Below, piece by piece: positions 28,680 through 39,178 of a DNA stretch of 64,000 nt. The stretch covers positions 3,424,001-3,488,000 of the forward strand of contig OZ245033.1 in assembly GCA_965224025.1 (NCBI GenBank), given 5' to 3'. This DNA is from Candidatus Multivorans sp. Lineage in GTDB: Bacteria; Acidobacteriota; Thermoanaerobaculia; Multivoradales; Multivoraceae. Below the pieces are notes generated by a model. That model was not told the origin of the DNA. It saw only the letters and a program-made list of their open reading frames with translations, and ran no database searches. The first letter of the stretch is position 1; each line of letters begins with the position of its first letter. The position numbers were made by a program, and so were the translations under genes.

Positions 28680-30436
28680 CGGCGCCGGAACAAGGCGGCC
28701 GCCGCCGCGACGAGACGGTGGAGTGGCTGGAGAAGCCCACTCCCGAGCCCGCCGAACGACTCCTGGCAGCGGGATACGGGCTGCTTGCCGCTCCCCTTGC
28801 CCGCAGGGGAGTGGAGACCGAGGCGGAGGCGGAGACCTTTCTCAGACCGCACCGCCGTGGCTTGCACGACCCCTTCCTGCTGAGGGGGATGGAGGAGGCG
28901 GTCGAGCGGGTACTTGCCGTCTGCCGCGACCGCGGCACCGTCGCCGTGGTGGGGGACTACGACGTCGACGGAGTAAGCGCCTGCGCGCTGCTCACCGCTG
29001 TACTGCGAGCTCTGGCTGCCGATGTGGTTCCCATCCTTCCGAACCGGTTCACCGAGGGATACGGCTTTCAGGTCGTTCAGGTCGAGAAGGCGAAGCGCGC
29101 GGGGGCCTCGCTGATCGTCACGGTTGACTGCGGTACGACCTCGAACGAGGCGGTGGAGGAGGCGATCAGGCAGGGAATCGACGTGGTCGTGACCGATCAT
29201 CACATTGCCGGAAGCGACTTTCCGTCCCAGGCGATCCAGGTCAATCCTCAACAGGATGGCTGTACCTACCCGTTCCGCCACCTTTGCGGCGCCGGACTTG
29301 CGTTCAAGCTGGCGCAGGCAGTGCTGCGTCGGAGCGATCGCGAGGCCCCGCTGGCTGCGCTGTTGCGCGTCGCATGTCTCGGCACGATCGCGGATGTGGT
29401 GCCCCTGGTGGGTGAGAACCGCGTTATCGCCGCGCTCGGCCTGCAGGCGCTGGAGAAGTCACGTTCTCCGGGGCTTCGGGCCCTGATGCGGGTCGCTCGC
29501 ATCGAGGGCGCCGTGTCGTCGACGGAAGTCGCCTTTCGGCTGGGACCGAGGCTCAACGCCGCCGGCCGGCTGGCCAGCGCCGATTTGGCGCTCCGTCTGC
29601 TGCTGACCCGGGACACGGCCGAGGCGGACCGCCTGGCGGGGGAGCTCGACTCCCTGAACCGCCAGCGGCAGGGCGAAGAACGCCGCGTGTTGGAGGAGGC
29701 GACGGAGGTGTTCTCGGCCGACGGGCGGCGGCCCGGGATCTTCATGGCCTGGCGCCCGGAATGGCACAGGGGCGTGGTCGGCATTGCCGCCGGGCGCCTT
29801 GCCCGCGAGTTTCATCGTCCGGTGATCCTGCTGGGCGTCGATGGCGAGACGTGCACCGGCTCGGGTCGCAGCATCCCCGGTGTCGATCTCCACTCCTTCA
29901 TGACCCGTTTCGAGGCGCGGATGGAGCGATTCGGAGGACATCCCCAGGCCATCGGCCTGTCTGTGGGCGTGGCCGAACTGCCGGCTCTGAGAGACGAGAT
30001 GGAAGCGGCCGCCGATTGGGTGCCGGAAGTGCTGGTGCGGCGTCGGGAGTATGAACTGGACCTCTCTCCGGAACAGGTCGAGCCGGCCCTGTTCCGGGAA
30101 TTGGCGCGGTTGGAGCCGCATGGTGAAGGGAATCGCCGGCCGCTGATCCGGCTCGGACCGCTGGAGCGGAGCGGTCCGGTGCGTGAGTTCGGCAAGGACC
30201 ACGTCAAACTGCGCGTCAGGCGCGGGGGAAGCAGGGGTTCCGGGTCCGGCCGCCCCGTGCAGTTGCTCGGCTGGGGCTGGCGGGAACGACTGCCCGACCT
30301 CGACGGACTCTTCGAGGTGCTCGGGGCGCTGGAATGGGACAACTACGCCGGTGGTCTCGTGGTCAGGGTCGAGGACGCCAGGCGAATTGCGCGCGCCTGG
30401 AGCGTCGCAGAAGATCCGGAGGCCGGCGCCAAGTAG
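28676..30436 (+). CDS. recJ: ssDNA-specific exonuclease RecJ
   Basis: GDYDVDG, TVDCG, TDHH, GTIAD, PRLNAAGR, GSGRS and GGH motifs. Confidence 0.96.
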   Translation: MTAPEQGGRRRDETVEWLEKPTPEPAERLLAAGYGLLAAPLARRGVETEAEAETFLRPHRRGLHDPFLLRGMEEAVERVLAVCRDRGTVAVVGDYDVDGVSACALLTAVLRALAADVVPILPNRFTEGYGFQVVQVEKAKRAGASLIVTVDCGTTSNEAVEEAIRQGIDVVVTDHHIAGSDFPSQAIQVNPQQDGCTYPFRHLCGAGLAFKLAQAVLRRSDREAPLAALLRVACLGTIADVVPLVGENRVIAALGLQALEKSRSPGLRALMRVARIEGAVSSTEVAFRLGPRLNAAGRLASADLALRLLLTRDTAEADRLAGELDSLNRQRQGEERRVLEEATEVFSADGRRPGIFMAWRPEWHRGVVGIAAGRLAREFHRPVILLGVDGETCTGSGRSIPGVDLHSFMTRFEARMERFGGHPQAIGLSVGVAELPALRDEMEAAADWVPEVLVRRREYELDLSPEQVEPALFRELARLEPHGEGNRRPLIRLGPLERSGPVREFGKDHVKLRVRRGGSRGSGSGRPVQLLGWGWRERLPDLDGLFEVLGALEWDNYAGGLVVRVEDARRIARAWSVAEDPEAGAK

Positions 30437-30445
30437 ACTTGGCCC

Positions 30446-32746
30446 ATGAGCACCGAGACGCCCCCCGGCTCTGACGAGGCATCCCCTTCGCCGGCAGCCG
30501 ACGACCGGGACACCGTCTACCGGCCCGGCGGGCGGAGGGACGCGCGCTTCGGGCGGCGGCGGCAACTCCGCACCCGGCTTCTGAGGGCTTTCCTGCTCGT
30601 GGTGCTGATTGCCGGCGTCGGCGGGCTGGCCTCGGTCTTCCTCAGTGGACGGCAGGAGCGCCCCGCCGTCGTCGCCGAGGAGGGCGGCGACGAGGCGACC
30701 GGTGCGGACGAGGCCGCGGTCCCGGGCGAACAGACGGTCCAACTCAGCGCTGAGCAGTTCGAATCGACGCTCGAGCGGGAAGGCGTGGAGGTGTTCCGCA
30801 TTCGGGGGGCGCGGACGAGTTCCGACGACCGGGGCAACGTGCTGCTGAAGGAGGTCGAGGTCGACTATCCGCGCGGCGATGACCGGTACAGCCTGCGCGC
30901 TGACGGCGCGACCTACAACGAGGTCACGAACGCGACCCATCTGGAGGGCGCGGTGACGCTTGAGGGGACGAACGGTCTCGTTGTCGACACGGACTGGATG
31001 GACCTGGCCGAGGGCGGCATGGTTCTGACGGCGGGGGACGGCAGCCGGTTCACGTTCGAGGGCATCACCGCGGTTGGCGACGGCCTGCGGGTCGACTTCC
31101 GACAGGAGATAGCGAACCTCGGGGGCGGTGTTCGGGCGACCGGCGCCGCGGCAACGAGCGAGACGGGGGACTCACGGCAGCCGCTGTCCCTGACCGCCGA
31201 GACGCTGGAGTATCGATGGCGTGAGGGACGGATGAGGGCGACCGGCGGCGCCGCGATGGAGTTCGGCGAGTCGCCCGAGCCGCTCTCCCTGACCGGCGAG
31301 ACGCTGGAGTACCGCTGGAGCGAGGGGACCCTGACCGCACGGGGCGGAACCACGACGCGGTTCGGCGACCTGAACCTCGCCGCCCGTTCACTGACGCTCG
31401 CCCTGGCCCGGGAAACCGGCGAGGCGCTGACCGCACTCGAGGCCCGCGGTCAGATTGTGCTGCAGGCGCCTCTCGGAGGCGGCGGGTTGCCGACACGGGA
31501 CGGCGAAACGGACGTGGCAGGCTCGACGCTGGTCCTGATCGGCGATGCGCTGGATGTCGGATTCGACTCCGATCAACTCCCGAGCCGGCTGCTGTTGAGC
31601 GGCCCGAACCGGGGCGGCCCCGGCGTGCTGCGAATCGACTATGCGGACGGCGCCCGGCGACGGGTTCGGGCACAGGTTCTTGCCTTCACCTTCGTCGACG
31701 GCGTGCCGTCCGAGTTCGAGTCTCGGGGGAGGGTCGTGTTCGACGAGCAGGTTCCGGAGCGGAGACAGCCCCTGCGGGTCGCTTCGAGCAGCGTCGCCAA
31801 TGGCCGTTTCGACAGCGAAGGCGCTCTGACGGAGCTGGTCCTGGGAGGCAACGTGGAACTGACGGATCGGCGCCGCGACCCGGTCCGTGCGCTCGCGGAC
31901 CGCGCCGCGATCGATCCCTCGACCGGGCGGGTCGAGTTCTTCGGGCAACCGGGCAAACTCATCCTTGCCCAGGGGGAACTCGAAGCGCCCCGCACGATGT
32001 TCGACCAGGCGGCGGCCTGCTCCGAAGCCAGCGGGGGCGTAGCGATCACCTTCAGAGGCGCGGACGAAGACGGCGGAGGCGCTCTGCCCCTTGCCGGCTC
32101 GGATCCGGCCGATGGTCCGTCGACGATCAGATCGGAGGAGGCCGTGCTCTGCGACGAGGACGGCAGCCTGTTCCGGGGGGAAGTCGAGGCGCTTGCCGGG
32201 GCATACCATCTCGCGGCCGCGCAGCTACGGGTCAGCGGGGACCGCAGGCGGCTGACGGCGAGCGGCGACGTACGCACGACCTGGCGCGCGGCGCCGGCGC
32301 TCGCGCCGACGGACGCCGGGAAGCAGGAGGTCGACGTTCCTCCCGAAGAGTGGCTGGTGGTCTCGGAGAGGCTGAGCTTTTCGGAGGCCGACGGCGAGTT
32401 GCGCTACAGCGGCGGGACCTCGGCGGTTCTGGGAGACCAGCGGCTGAACTGCGACGAGTTGACGGTCGAGACGGCGGCTGCGGACGGTGATTCGGAGGAT
32501 GTCCAGACCCAGGCGCTGTACTGCCTGGGGAACGCCCGACTCGAGGATGTCGCCCAGAACCTCTCCGTCGGCGCCGACCGAGCCGTCTATGTCGTGGCGG
32601 AACGCATCATCCGGCTCACCGGCGGCGTTGTCGTCCGCAGGGGAGGCGATCTCCTGAGAGGATCGCGCCTGCTCTACTGGCTCGATGAGGGCCGCTACGA
32701 GATGGGGCCGTCCGGCAGCGCGGCTGCCGGAGCCGGCCACCCGTGA
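30446..32746 (+). CDS. Long LptC/LptA-type (OstA beta-jellyroll) LPS bridge protein
   Basis: N-terminal TM, then repeated AD.A.Y/L.G.V jellyroll patterns and an LptA-like C-terminus (L.G.RL.Y.L); directly upstream of lptB. Confidence 0.75.
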   Translation: MSTETPPGSDEASPSPAADDRDTVYRPGGRRDARFGRRRQLRTRLLRAFLLVVLIAGVGGLASVFLSGRQERPAVVAEEGGDEATGADEAAVPGEQTVQLSAEQFESTLEREGVEVFRIRGARTSSDDRGNVLLKEVEVDYPRGDDRYSLRADGATYNEVTNATHLEGAVTLEGTNGLVVDTDWMDLAEGGMVLTAGDGSRFTFEGITAVGDGLRVDFRQEIANLGGGVRATGAAATSETGDSRQPLSLTAETLEYRWREGRMRATGGAAMEFGESPEPLSLTGETLEYRWSEGTLTARGGTTTRFGDLNLAARSLTLALARETGEALTALEARGQIVLQAPLGGGGLPTRDGETDVAGSTLVLIGDALDVGFDSDQLPSRLLLSGPNRGGPGVLRIDYADGARRRVRAQVLAFTFVDGVPSEFESRGRVVFDEQVPERRQPLRVASSSVANGRFDSEGALTELVLGGNVELTDRRRDPVRALADRAAIDPSTGRVEFFGQPGKLILAQGELEAPRTMFDQAAACSEASGGVAITFRGADEDGGGALPLAGSDPADGPSTIRSEEAVLCDEDGSLFRGEVEALAGAYHLAAAQLRVSGDRRRLTASGDVRTTWRAAPALAPTDAGKQEVDVPPEEWLVVSERLSFSEADGELRYSGGTSAVLGDQRLNCDELTVETAAADGDSEDVQTQALYCLGNARLEDVAQNLSVGADRAVYVVAERIIRLTGGVVVRRGGDLLRGSRLLYWLDEGRYEMGPSGSAAAGAGHP
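31181..31368 (+). repeat. 99-bp (33-aa) imperfect tandem duplication inside the LptC/A gene
   Basis: [22 protein letters not shown] versus [22 protein letters not shown]. Confidence 0.8.
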
Positions 32747-33486
32747 CCGAGCGGCCGGCCCCGGGCCATCGCATCCGCACCCAGGATGTGCGAAAGGTCT
32801 ATCGGGGGCGACCAGTCGTCCAGGACGTGTCGATCGAGGTCGGCCAGGGCGAAGTCGTGGGTCTGCTCGGACCAAATGGCGCCGGCAAGACGACCACGTT
32901 CTACATGGTCGTGGGTTTGACCCGGCCGGACGGAGGCCGTGTCTTCCTCGACGACGTGGACATCACCGACCTTCCCATGTACCTGCGGGCGCAGCAGGGC
33001 ATCAGTTACCTGCCGCAGGAACCTTCGGTGTTTCGTCGGCTGTCCGTTGAAGGCAACCTGCGCGCGGTGTTCGAAACACTCGGTCTGGGCCGCGCCGAGC
33101 AGCGCCGCCGAATCAACCAGTTGGTCGGAGACTTCGATCTCTTGGCGGTCCGGCGCTCGAAGGGGAACCAGCTTTCCGGGGGCGAGCGACGCCGGCTCGA
33201 GATTGCCCGCGCGCTCGCGATCAGTCCCAGCTTCATCCTCCTCGACGAGCCGTTCGCCGGTATCGATCCGATCGCGGTACTCGACATCCAGGCGATCATC
33301 CGGCAGCTTCGGGACATGGGCATCGGCGTTCTGATCACGGATCACAACGTGCGGGAGACCCTGAAGATCACGGACCGCGCCTACATCATCAACAACGGCA
33401 GGATCCTCCGCACGGGAACGCCGGCTGAGCTCTCGGCCGATCCGACGGTCCGGAAGATCTACCTCGGCGCGGAGTTCTCGCTGTAG
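32743..33486 (+). CDS. lptB: LPS export ABC ATPase
   Basis: [42 protein letters not shown] and YLG motifs. Confidence 0.97.
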   Translation: MTERPAPGHRIRTQDVRKVYRGRPVVQDVSIEVGQGEVVGLLGPNGAGKTTTFYMVVGLTRPDGGRVFLDDVDITDLPMYLRAQQGISYLPQEPSVFRRLSVEGNLRAVFETLGLGRAEQRRRINQLVGDFDLLAVRRSKGNQLSGGERRRLEIARALAISPSFILLDEPFAGIDPIAVLDIQAIIRQLRDMGIGVLITDHNVRETLKITDRAYIINNGRILRTGTPAELSADPTVRKIYLGAEFSL

Positions 33487-33510
33487 CAACTCAAGGTGAT
33501 AGCGTCACCT

Positions 33511-33526
33511 TGGCATTGGTTTTGCT
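33511..33526 (+). promoter_or_regulatory. Sigma-54 -24/-12 box upstream of rpoN
   Basis: TGGCATTGGTTTTGCT (GG-N10-GC), abutting the inverted repeat AAGGTGA-N5-TCACCTT at 33493-33511. Confidence 0.68.
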
Positions 33527-33631
33527 GGAATGCTGGCGGCGCGCGGTCAGACACTGAGCGCGGCGGCATGGTGAGACGGCTTCGAGCGGGACCGGCCCGG
33601 CCCCAGGAACCGCTGCCGTTCGAACGCGATC

Positions 33632-35296
33632 ATGGTGCTCCAACAGAGGCTCTCGCTCAAACTGGCCCAACGGCTGGTCATGACACCGGCGCTGCAGCAG
33701 GCGATCAAGCTGCTGCAGATGACCCGCCTGGAGTTGGAGGGCGTACTCAACCAGGAGATCGTCGAGAATCCGATGCTCGAGGATGGCGAGGATGAGGATC
33801 CCGAAGAGGGACCTTCCGCCGAGGCTGCCGGCGCCACCGACGGCGATGCTCCCGCCGCCCCGGCCGACGAGACGGAGAAGCTGAACGGCGCCGAGGAAGG
33901 GGCGGCGGTCGACAATCCCGACCCCGGAGACCCGGAAGAGCCCTCGATGGGAGACATCGACCTCGACGCGTACTTCAACGACTACCTCGGGCCTGATTCG
34001 ACGGTCGCGAACACCTTCGAGAGCCGGGAGTTCTGGCCGATCGAGAACAACGTCAGTCGGGCGCCGGATCTCTACGACCATCTGCTCTGGCAGTTGCGCA
34101 TGTCCGACGCACCGCCGCTTCTTCGCGAGGCCGCCGAGTTGATCATCGGCAATCTCGATAGGGACGGCTTCCTGCGCGCATCGGTCGAGGAAATTCAACT
34201 TCTGGGCGCCGAGGAACGGGAAGCGGAGCGCTACCGCTCGGAGGTCGCGACGGCCCGGGAGATGGACGAAGCGCTGGCCGCCCGCCACCTCGACAACGGC
34301 GGCGGTCCGTCAGTTCCCGACCCGGAGGCGCCGGACCTGGCGCCTCGTTCGGATCCGGTTCCCGGATATGGCGTCGAACTGGTGGAGCGGGCGCTTGCGT
34401 TGGTCCGCAGTTTCGATCCGCCCGGCGTGGCCTGGCCCTCGCTGCGGGAGTGCCTGCTGGCGCAGCTCGAGGCGAAGGACGCCGCGGACGGACTGGCCTA
34501 CCGCATCGTCGGCGAATGCTGGGGGCCGTTCACTCGACGGCAGTTCCGGCTCGTCGCGCGCCGCTTGCGGACTCCGTTGGCGCAGCTCGAGGCGCCGGTC
34601 GAAGAGATCAAGGCGCTGGAGGTGCGACCGGGCCGGCAGTTCTCGAATGACCGCGTCGAGTACGTCGAGCCCGACGTGGTCGCGGTCAAGACCGGCGGCG
34701 AGTGGGCGATCCAGTTGAACGACGACGGCCTGCCCAAGTTGCGGATCAGCCGTGCCTACCGCAGGATGCTGCGACGAATGCGGCGGGACGGCAATCAGGC
34801 GGAGGCGCGGGACTTCCTCAAGGACAAGATGCGTTCGGCGATGTGGCTCATCAAGAGCCTCGACCAGCGTCAGAGAACGATCTACAAGGTCGCGGACTCG
34901 ATTCTGCGGCAGCAGCGGAGGTTCTTCGACCACGGTCTCGACGAACTGCGGCCCATGGTGCTGCGGGACGTGGCCGACGACATCGGCATGCACGAGTCGA
35001 CGGTGAGCCGCGTGGTGTCGAACAAGTACATTCACACGCCGCGCGGACTGTTTCCGATGAAGTTCTTCTTCCACCGCGGCATCGACCGCTACCGGGGCGG
35101 GGAGATCTCCTCGTTGACGGTGAAGCGCATGCTGAGCGATCTGATCGGCGACGAGGACAGCCGCAGGCCGATGTCGGATTCCGCGCTGACGCGCGAACTG
35201 CAGCAGGAGGGCATCAACATCGCCCGGCGAACTGTCGCCAAGTACCGGGATGAACTCGGTATTCCGTCCTCGACCGACCGCAGACGGATCTTCTGA
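33632..35296 (+). CDS. rpoN: RNA polymerase sigma-54 factor
   Basis: LQQAIKLLQ, HESTVSR and RpoN box ARRTVAKYR. Confidence 0.97.
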   Translation: MVLQQRLSLKLAQRLVMTPALQQAIKLLQMTRLELEGVLNQEIVENPMLEDGEDEDPEEGPSAEAAGATDGDAPAAPADETEKLNGAEEGAAVDNPDPGDPEEPSMGDIDLDAYFNDYLGPDSTVANTFESREFWPIENNVSRAPDLYDHLLWQLRMSDAPPLLREAAELIIGNLDRDGFLRASVEEIQLLGAEEREAERYRSEVATAREMDEALAARHLDNGGGPSVPDPEAPDLAPRSDPVPGYGVELVERALALVRSFDPPGVAWPSLRECLLAQLEAKDAADGLAYRIVGECWGPFTRRQFRLVARRLRTPLAQLEAPVEEIKALEVRPGRQFSNDRVEYVEPDVVAVKTGGEWAIQLNDDGLPKLRISRAYRRMLRRMRRDGNQAEARDFLKDKMRSAMWLIKSLDQRQRTIYKVADSILRQQRRFFDHGLDELRPMVLRDVADDIGMHESTVSRVVSNKYIHTPRGLFPMKFFFHRGIDRYRGGEISSLTVKRMLSDLIGDEDSRRPMSDSALTRELQQEGINIARRTVAKYRDELGIPSSTDRRRIF

Positions 35297-35336
35297 GGCA
35301 GCAGCCAAGGGGCGAAGGGGGGGCCGCCGAACCAAG

Positions 35337-35792
35337 ATGGATCTGGCAAGTCTGGCGAAGCCGCAACTGATCTTCTCCGATGTCGAGGCGAAGTGCCGCG
35401 ACGGCGCACTGCGAACACTGACCGTGCGAATCTGCCGCGTCCTGGGTCTCTCGGACTCGGATGCGGTCCTGGCCGCCCTGCAGGAGCGGGAGGAGCTGGG
35501 CTCCACCGCCGTGGGCGGCGGCATGGCGATTCCGCACGGGCGGATCCGCGGTTTGCGGGACATCGTGCTGGCGGTAGCGGTGTCGAAGCGCGGTGTCGAC
35601 TTCGGCGCCGATGACGGCGTTCCGGTCCGGTTCTTCTTCGTTCTGCTTTCGCCCCGGGAGAGCGCCGGGCGTCACCTCAAGGCCCTGGCAGCCATTTCCG
35701 AGTGGGTGAGCAGCGGCGGCCGGGAGCGCCTGCGCAGGGTGTCGAAGCCGCAGGAGATCTACGAGCTGCTGTGCGCCGACGGGCGTGTCTGA
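35337..35792 (+). CDS. ptsN: PTS IIA (Ntr/fructose-type) protein
   Basis: RE.LGST..G.G.AIPH motif; DFGA.DG.PV; follows rpoN. Confidence 0.85.
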   Translation: MDLASLAKPQLIFSDVEAKCRDGALRTLTVRICRVLGLSDSDAVLAALQEREELGSTAVGGGMAIPHGRIRGLRDIVLAVAVSKRGVDFGADDGVPVRFFFVLLSPRESAGRHLKALAAISEWVSSGGRERLRRVSKPQEIYELLCADGRV

Positions 35793-36681
35793 GCCGCCGG
35801 TCCGTCTGTTCGTGATCACCGGCCTTTCAGGCTCGGGCAAGAGCACGGTTGCCCGGTGCTTCGAGGATCTGGGTCATCACTGCATCGACAACTTGCCTCT
35901 GCCTCTGCTGAGGCACCTCGTCCGCGAGCCGGCCGCCGCCGCGCCGGAACTCGAGGCGATCGTCCTGGTCACGGACCTGCGCACTCCCGGCCTGGCGGAG
36001 GAACTGCCGCGCCTGCTCGACGAAGCGGATCCGGGCCTGGTCGAGCCGGTGTTGATCTTCCTCGACAGCTCCGACGACGTGCTGGTCAGGAGGTACTCCG
36101 AGACGCGGCGCCGGCACCCCTTGACGGGCGAGGGGGAGCGCGTGATCGACGGCATTCGGCGCGAGCGGAAGATGCTCCTGGAACTGCGGGGCCGCGCCTC
36201 GCGCGTGTTCGACACCACGGACTCGACGATCCATGAACTCCGTGCCGCGATCTACAACGAGTTCGCCTCGAGCGATGCGGGCGGTCTGACCGTCAACATC
36301 GTCAGCTTCGGCTTCAAGTTCGGCGTTCCGGCGGGTGTCGATCTGATGTTCGATGTCCGGTTTCTGCCGAATCCGTACTTCGTCGCCGACCTGCGGGAGA
36401 AACCGGGGACCGACCCGGCGGTCCAGGAGTTCCTGCACGGACACGAGGCTTTCGGCGAACTGGTCGACCGGCTCGAGAGCTTTCTGGCCTATCTCCTGCC
36501 GAGATTCCGGGACGAGAACCGTAGCTACCTGACCGTCGGGATCGGCTGTACCGGCGGGCGGCACCGGTCGGTCGCGATCTCGGAAGCCGTGGCGGACCGG
36601 CTCGCCGCCGGCGCCTGGCAGATCCGTTTGCAGCACCGGGACGTGGCCCGCCGCCGGTCGCGGGCGGCGAGCGTCTCGTGA
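35785..36681 (+). CDS. rapZ: RNase adapter RapZ
   Basis: TGLSGSGKS, IDNLP, ETRRRHP, FDVRFLPNP and GCTGGRHRS motifs. Confidence 0.96.
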   Translation: MSEPPVRLFVITGLSGSGKSTVARCFEDLGHHCIDNLPLPLLRHLVREPAAAAPELEAIVLVTDLRTPGLAEELPRLLDEADPGLVEPVLIFLDSSDDVLVRRYSETRRRHPLTGEGERVIDGIRRERKMLLELRGRASRVFDTTDSTIHELRAAIYNEFASSDAGGLTVNIVSFGFKFGVPAGVDLMFDVRFLPNPYFVADLREKPGTDPAVQEFLHGHEAFGELVDRLESFLAYLLPRFRDENRSYLTVGIGCTGGRHRSVAISEAVADRLAAGAWQIRLQHRDVARRRSRAASVS

Positions 36682-37109
36682 CCGTCCCCGTGCTCATCGT
36701 TTCGCATGGTGAACTCGCCCAGCGACTGCTCGACTCCGCGCGTGCCATCTCCGGCCAGGATAGCGACACCTGTCCGGTACCGGTCTACGCGCTCTGCATC
36801 GACTTGCGCGCCGACGCCGCCGAGGTGGCGGACCTGATTGAAGCCAGGGTCCGGCGGCTTGACGAGGAGCACGGGGCGGGCGTTCTGATCCTGACCGAGA
36901 TGTTCGGCGACACGCCCTCCAACAGCGCGCTGCGGGCGTCGGGAGTGGCGAAAGCCGCGGTCGTGACGGGGGTCAACCTGCCGATGGTGCTCAGTCTCTG
37001 CTGCGAAGCGCCGGATCTCGACCTGCCGGACCTGGCGGACTGGATCTGGAGCAATGGACGCAAGAGCATCCAGCTCGCCGCGAGCGGCAGCATGCGGCAG
37101 TCGAAGTGA
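36678..37109 (+). CDS. PTS IIA mannose-type protein
   Basis: IVSHG.LA, ILTEMFGDTPSN and TGVNLPM motifs. Confidence 0.88.
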   Translation: MTVPVLIVSHGELAQRLLDSARAISGQDSDTCPVPVYALCIDLRADAAEVADLIEARVRRLDEEHGAGVLILTEMFGDTPSNSALRASGVAKAAVVTGVNLPMVLSLCCEAPDLDLPDLADWIWSNGRKSIQLAASGSMRQSK

Positions 37110-37375
37110 TGGAACGAGTGGTCGAGGTGGTCAACGAGCTGGGGCTGCACGCGCGCGCTGCCGCCAGGCTGGTGCAGACGGCAAAGCAATTCCGGTCCGA
37201 CGTCGTGTTGCGCGCCAACGGCCGCGAGACCGAGGCGCGGAGCATCCTCGGCGTCCTGCTGCTGGGGGCCGGACTGGGCGCCAGGTTGACGGTCCGCTGC
37301 CTGGGTGAGGACGAGCAGGCCGCGATGACGGCGGTCTGCGACCTGATCGAGACCCGGTTCGGCGAGGACTCATGA
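37106..37375 (+). CDS. ptsH: Phosphocarrier HPr
   Basis: N.LGLHARAA (His15) and ARSILG (Ser46). Confidence 0.93.
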   Translation: MMERVVEVVNELGLHARAAARLVQTAKQFRSDVVLRANGRETEARSILGVLLLGAGLGARLTVRCLGEDEQAAMTAVCDLIETRFGEDS

Positions 37376-39165
37376 GCCGGCCGGACGACACGAAACGGCA
37401 GGAGGCCCTTCAGGGCGCCGGCGCCGCTCCGGGAGTCGCGATCGGCCCCGCGGTCTGCCTTCGCGGCCACGGTGTCGAGGTGCTGCGGGTAACCATCCGG
37501 AGGGGCGGCCTGGACCGCGAGGTCGAGCGCTTCGGCGCCGCCGTACGCACCGTGGAGGCGGAACTCGAGGCCACCGAAAGCCGGATCGCCGAGACCTTCG
37601 GCAGCGACCTGGCCTCCATCTTTCATGCCCACTCGGTGATCCTGCGGGACTCGTCCTTCGCCCGCCGCATCGATCAGATGATCCGCGGCGATCGGGTCAA
37701 TGCGGAGTGGGCGGTGCAGGCGGTGGCCGACGATCTCGGCGAGAAGTTCGCCCAGGTCAAGAGCCAGCACCTGCGCGAACGGGGCGAGGATCTTCGCGAC
37801 GTCACCCGCTACCTGCTCCGGGCACTGGCGGGGAAGCGATCTTCGCCGGGCGTCGGCGAGAACTTCGACCGCAACGTGGTCGTCGTCAGTCATGAGCTGG
37901 CGCCGGACGAGGTATTGCGCCTGGGACGCCGCGGAGCGGTGGGATTCGCGATCGAGGTCGGCGGCGCCAACTCGCACACCGCCATCGTTGCGCGTGCGCT
38001 GGACGTCCCGCTGGTGACCGGCATCGTGGACATCACCAACCGCGTCGCCGACGATGACCCCGTGATCGTGGACGGGGAAGAGGGACGCCTCACTCTCCAT
38101 CCCACGCCGGAGACGCTCGACCAGTACCGCAGCCTTCAGCGCCGACGGCGGCGCAACGAGGAGGCGCAGTCGACCGCGGCCAGAGACCTGCCGGCCCGAA
38201 CCGTCGACGGGGCGGAGGTCGAGCTGCTGGCCAACGTGGAGTTGCCCGAGGAACTGGACGACGTGCGGCGGTTCGGCGCTTCCGGCATCGGCCTCTACCG
38301 AAGCGAGTTCCTGTATCTCGAGAAGAGCCCCGAGCTGCCCACCGAGGAAGAGCACGTGGCCGTGATCCGGCAGCTCCTGGAGACCCTGGCGCCCCAGCCG
38401 GTCGTGGTGCGGACCCTGGACCTCGGCGGCGGCAAGGTGGCCCGCGGCCTCGTGCCGCGGGACGAGGAGAACCCGGCGCTGGGTCAGCGCGGCATTCGGC
38501 TGACCCTGGCGCGCGCGGATGTGTTCCGCGTTCAGTTGCGCGCCCTGTTCCGCGCCGCGTCCTTCGGCAACCTGCGCATCATGGCGCCGATGGTGACCGC
38601 GGTCGAGGAGATCCGGGCGTTGCGCCGTCTCTGCGACGACGTTTGCGCCGAACTCGAGGCCGAGGGCGCCGAGTGCCGGAGGGACGTGGAGTTCGGTGCC
38701 ATGGTGGAAGTGCCGGCGGCGGTGCTGATCGCCCGCCAGCTCGCGGCCGAAGTCGACTTCCTCTCCATTGGCACGAACGATCTGATCCAGTACACGCTGG
38801 CGGTCGATCGGACGAACGAACATGTGGCGGACCTCTATCAACCCCTGCATCCCGCCGTCCTGAGCATGATTCAGTTCGTCGTGGAGGCGGGCCGGAGGCA
38901 GCGGGTTCCAGTCGCCCTGTGCGGCGAGATGGCGGCAAGCCCCGAGTACGCGCCACTCATGCTGGGGCTGGGCCTGCGACAGCTTTCGATGAGTCCCCGG
39001 AGCATTCCCGGCGTCAAGGAAGTCGTGCGTTCGCTGGATGTCTGCGCCGCGGAGGAACTTGCACGCCGGTGCGTCGCTGCGTCGACGGCGGAGGAGGTCG
39101 AGGGCCTGCTCGCCGCATCCGGCGCGGCCGCCGCGCACCGGCGGACGCCGGCCCGGACAGGGTAG
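37372..39165 (+). CDS. ptsI: PEP-protein phosphotransferase (Enzyme I)
   Basis: GGANSHTAI, GIGLYRSEFL, E.NPALG.RGIR, SIGTNDLIQY and CGEMA motifs. Confidence 0.95.
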   Translation: MSRPDDTKRQEALQGAGAAPGVAIGPAVCLRGHGVEVLRVTIRRGGLDREVERFGAAVRTVEAELEATESRIAETFGSDLASIFHAHSVILRDSSFARRIDQMIRGDRVNAEWAVQAVADDLGEKFAQVKSQHLRERGEDLRDVTRYLLRALAGKRSSPGVGENFDRNVVVVSHELAPDEVLRLGRRGAVGFAIEVGGANSHTAIVARALDVPLVTGIVDITNRVADDDPVIVDGEEGRLTLHPTPETLDQYRSLQRRRRRNEEAQSTAARDLPARTVDGAEVELLANVELPEELDDVRRFGASGIGLYRSEFLYLEKSPELPTEEEHVAVIRQLLETLAPQPVVVRTLDLGGGKVARGLVPRDEENPALGQRGIRLTLARADVFRVQLRALFRAASFGNLRIMAPMVTAVEEIRALRRLCDDVCAELEAEGAECRRDVEFGAMVEVPAAVLIARQLAAEVDFLSIGTNDLIQYTLAVDRTNEHVADLYQPLHPAVLSMIQFVVEAGRRQRVPVALCGEMAASPEYAPLMLGLGLRQLSMSPRSIPGVKEVVRSLDVCAAEELARRCVAASTAEEVEGLLAASGAAAAHRRTPARTG

Positions 39166-39178
39166 TAGTCTCCGCGCC

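Noticed and set aside
36991-39138. 715-aa minus-strand ORF
   Set aside because: Antisense shadow of ptsH/ptsI; long stop-free antisense frames are expected at this GC content.
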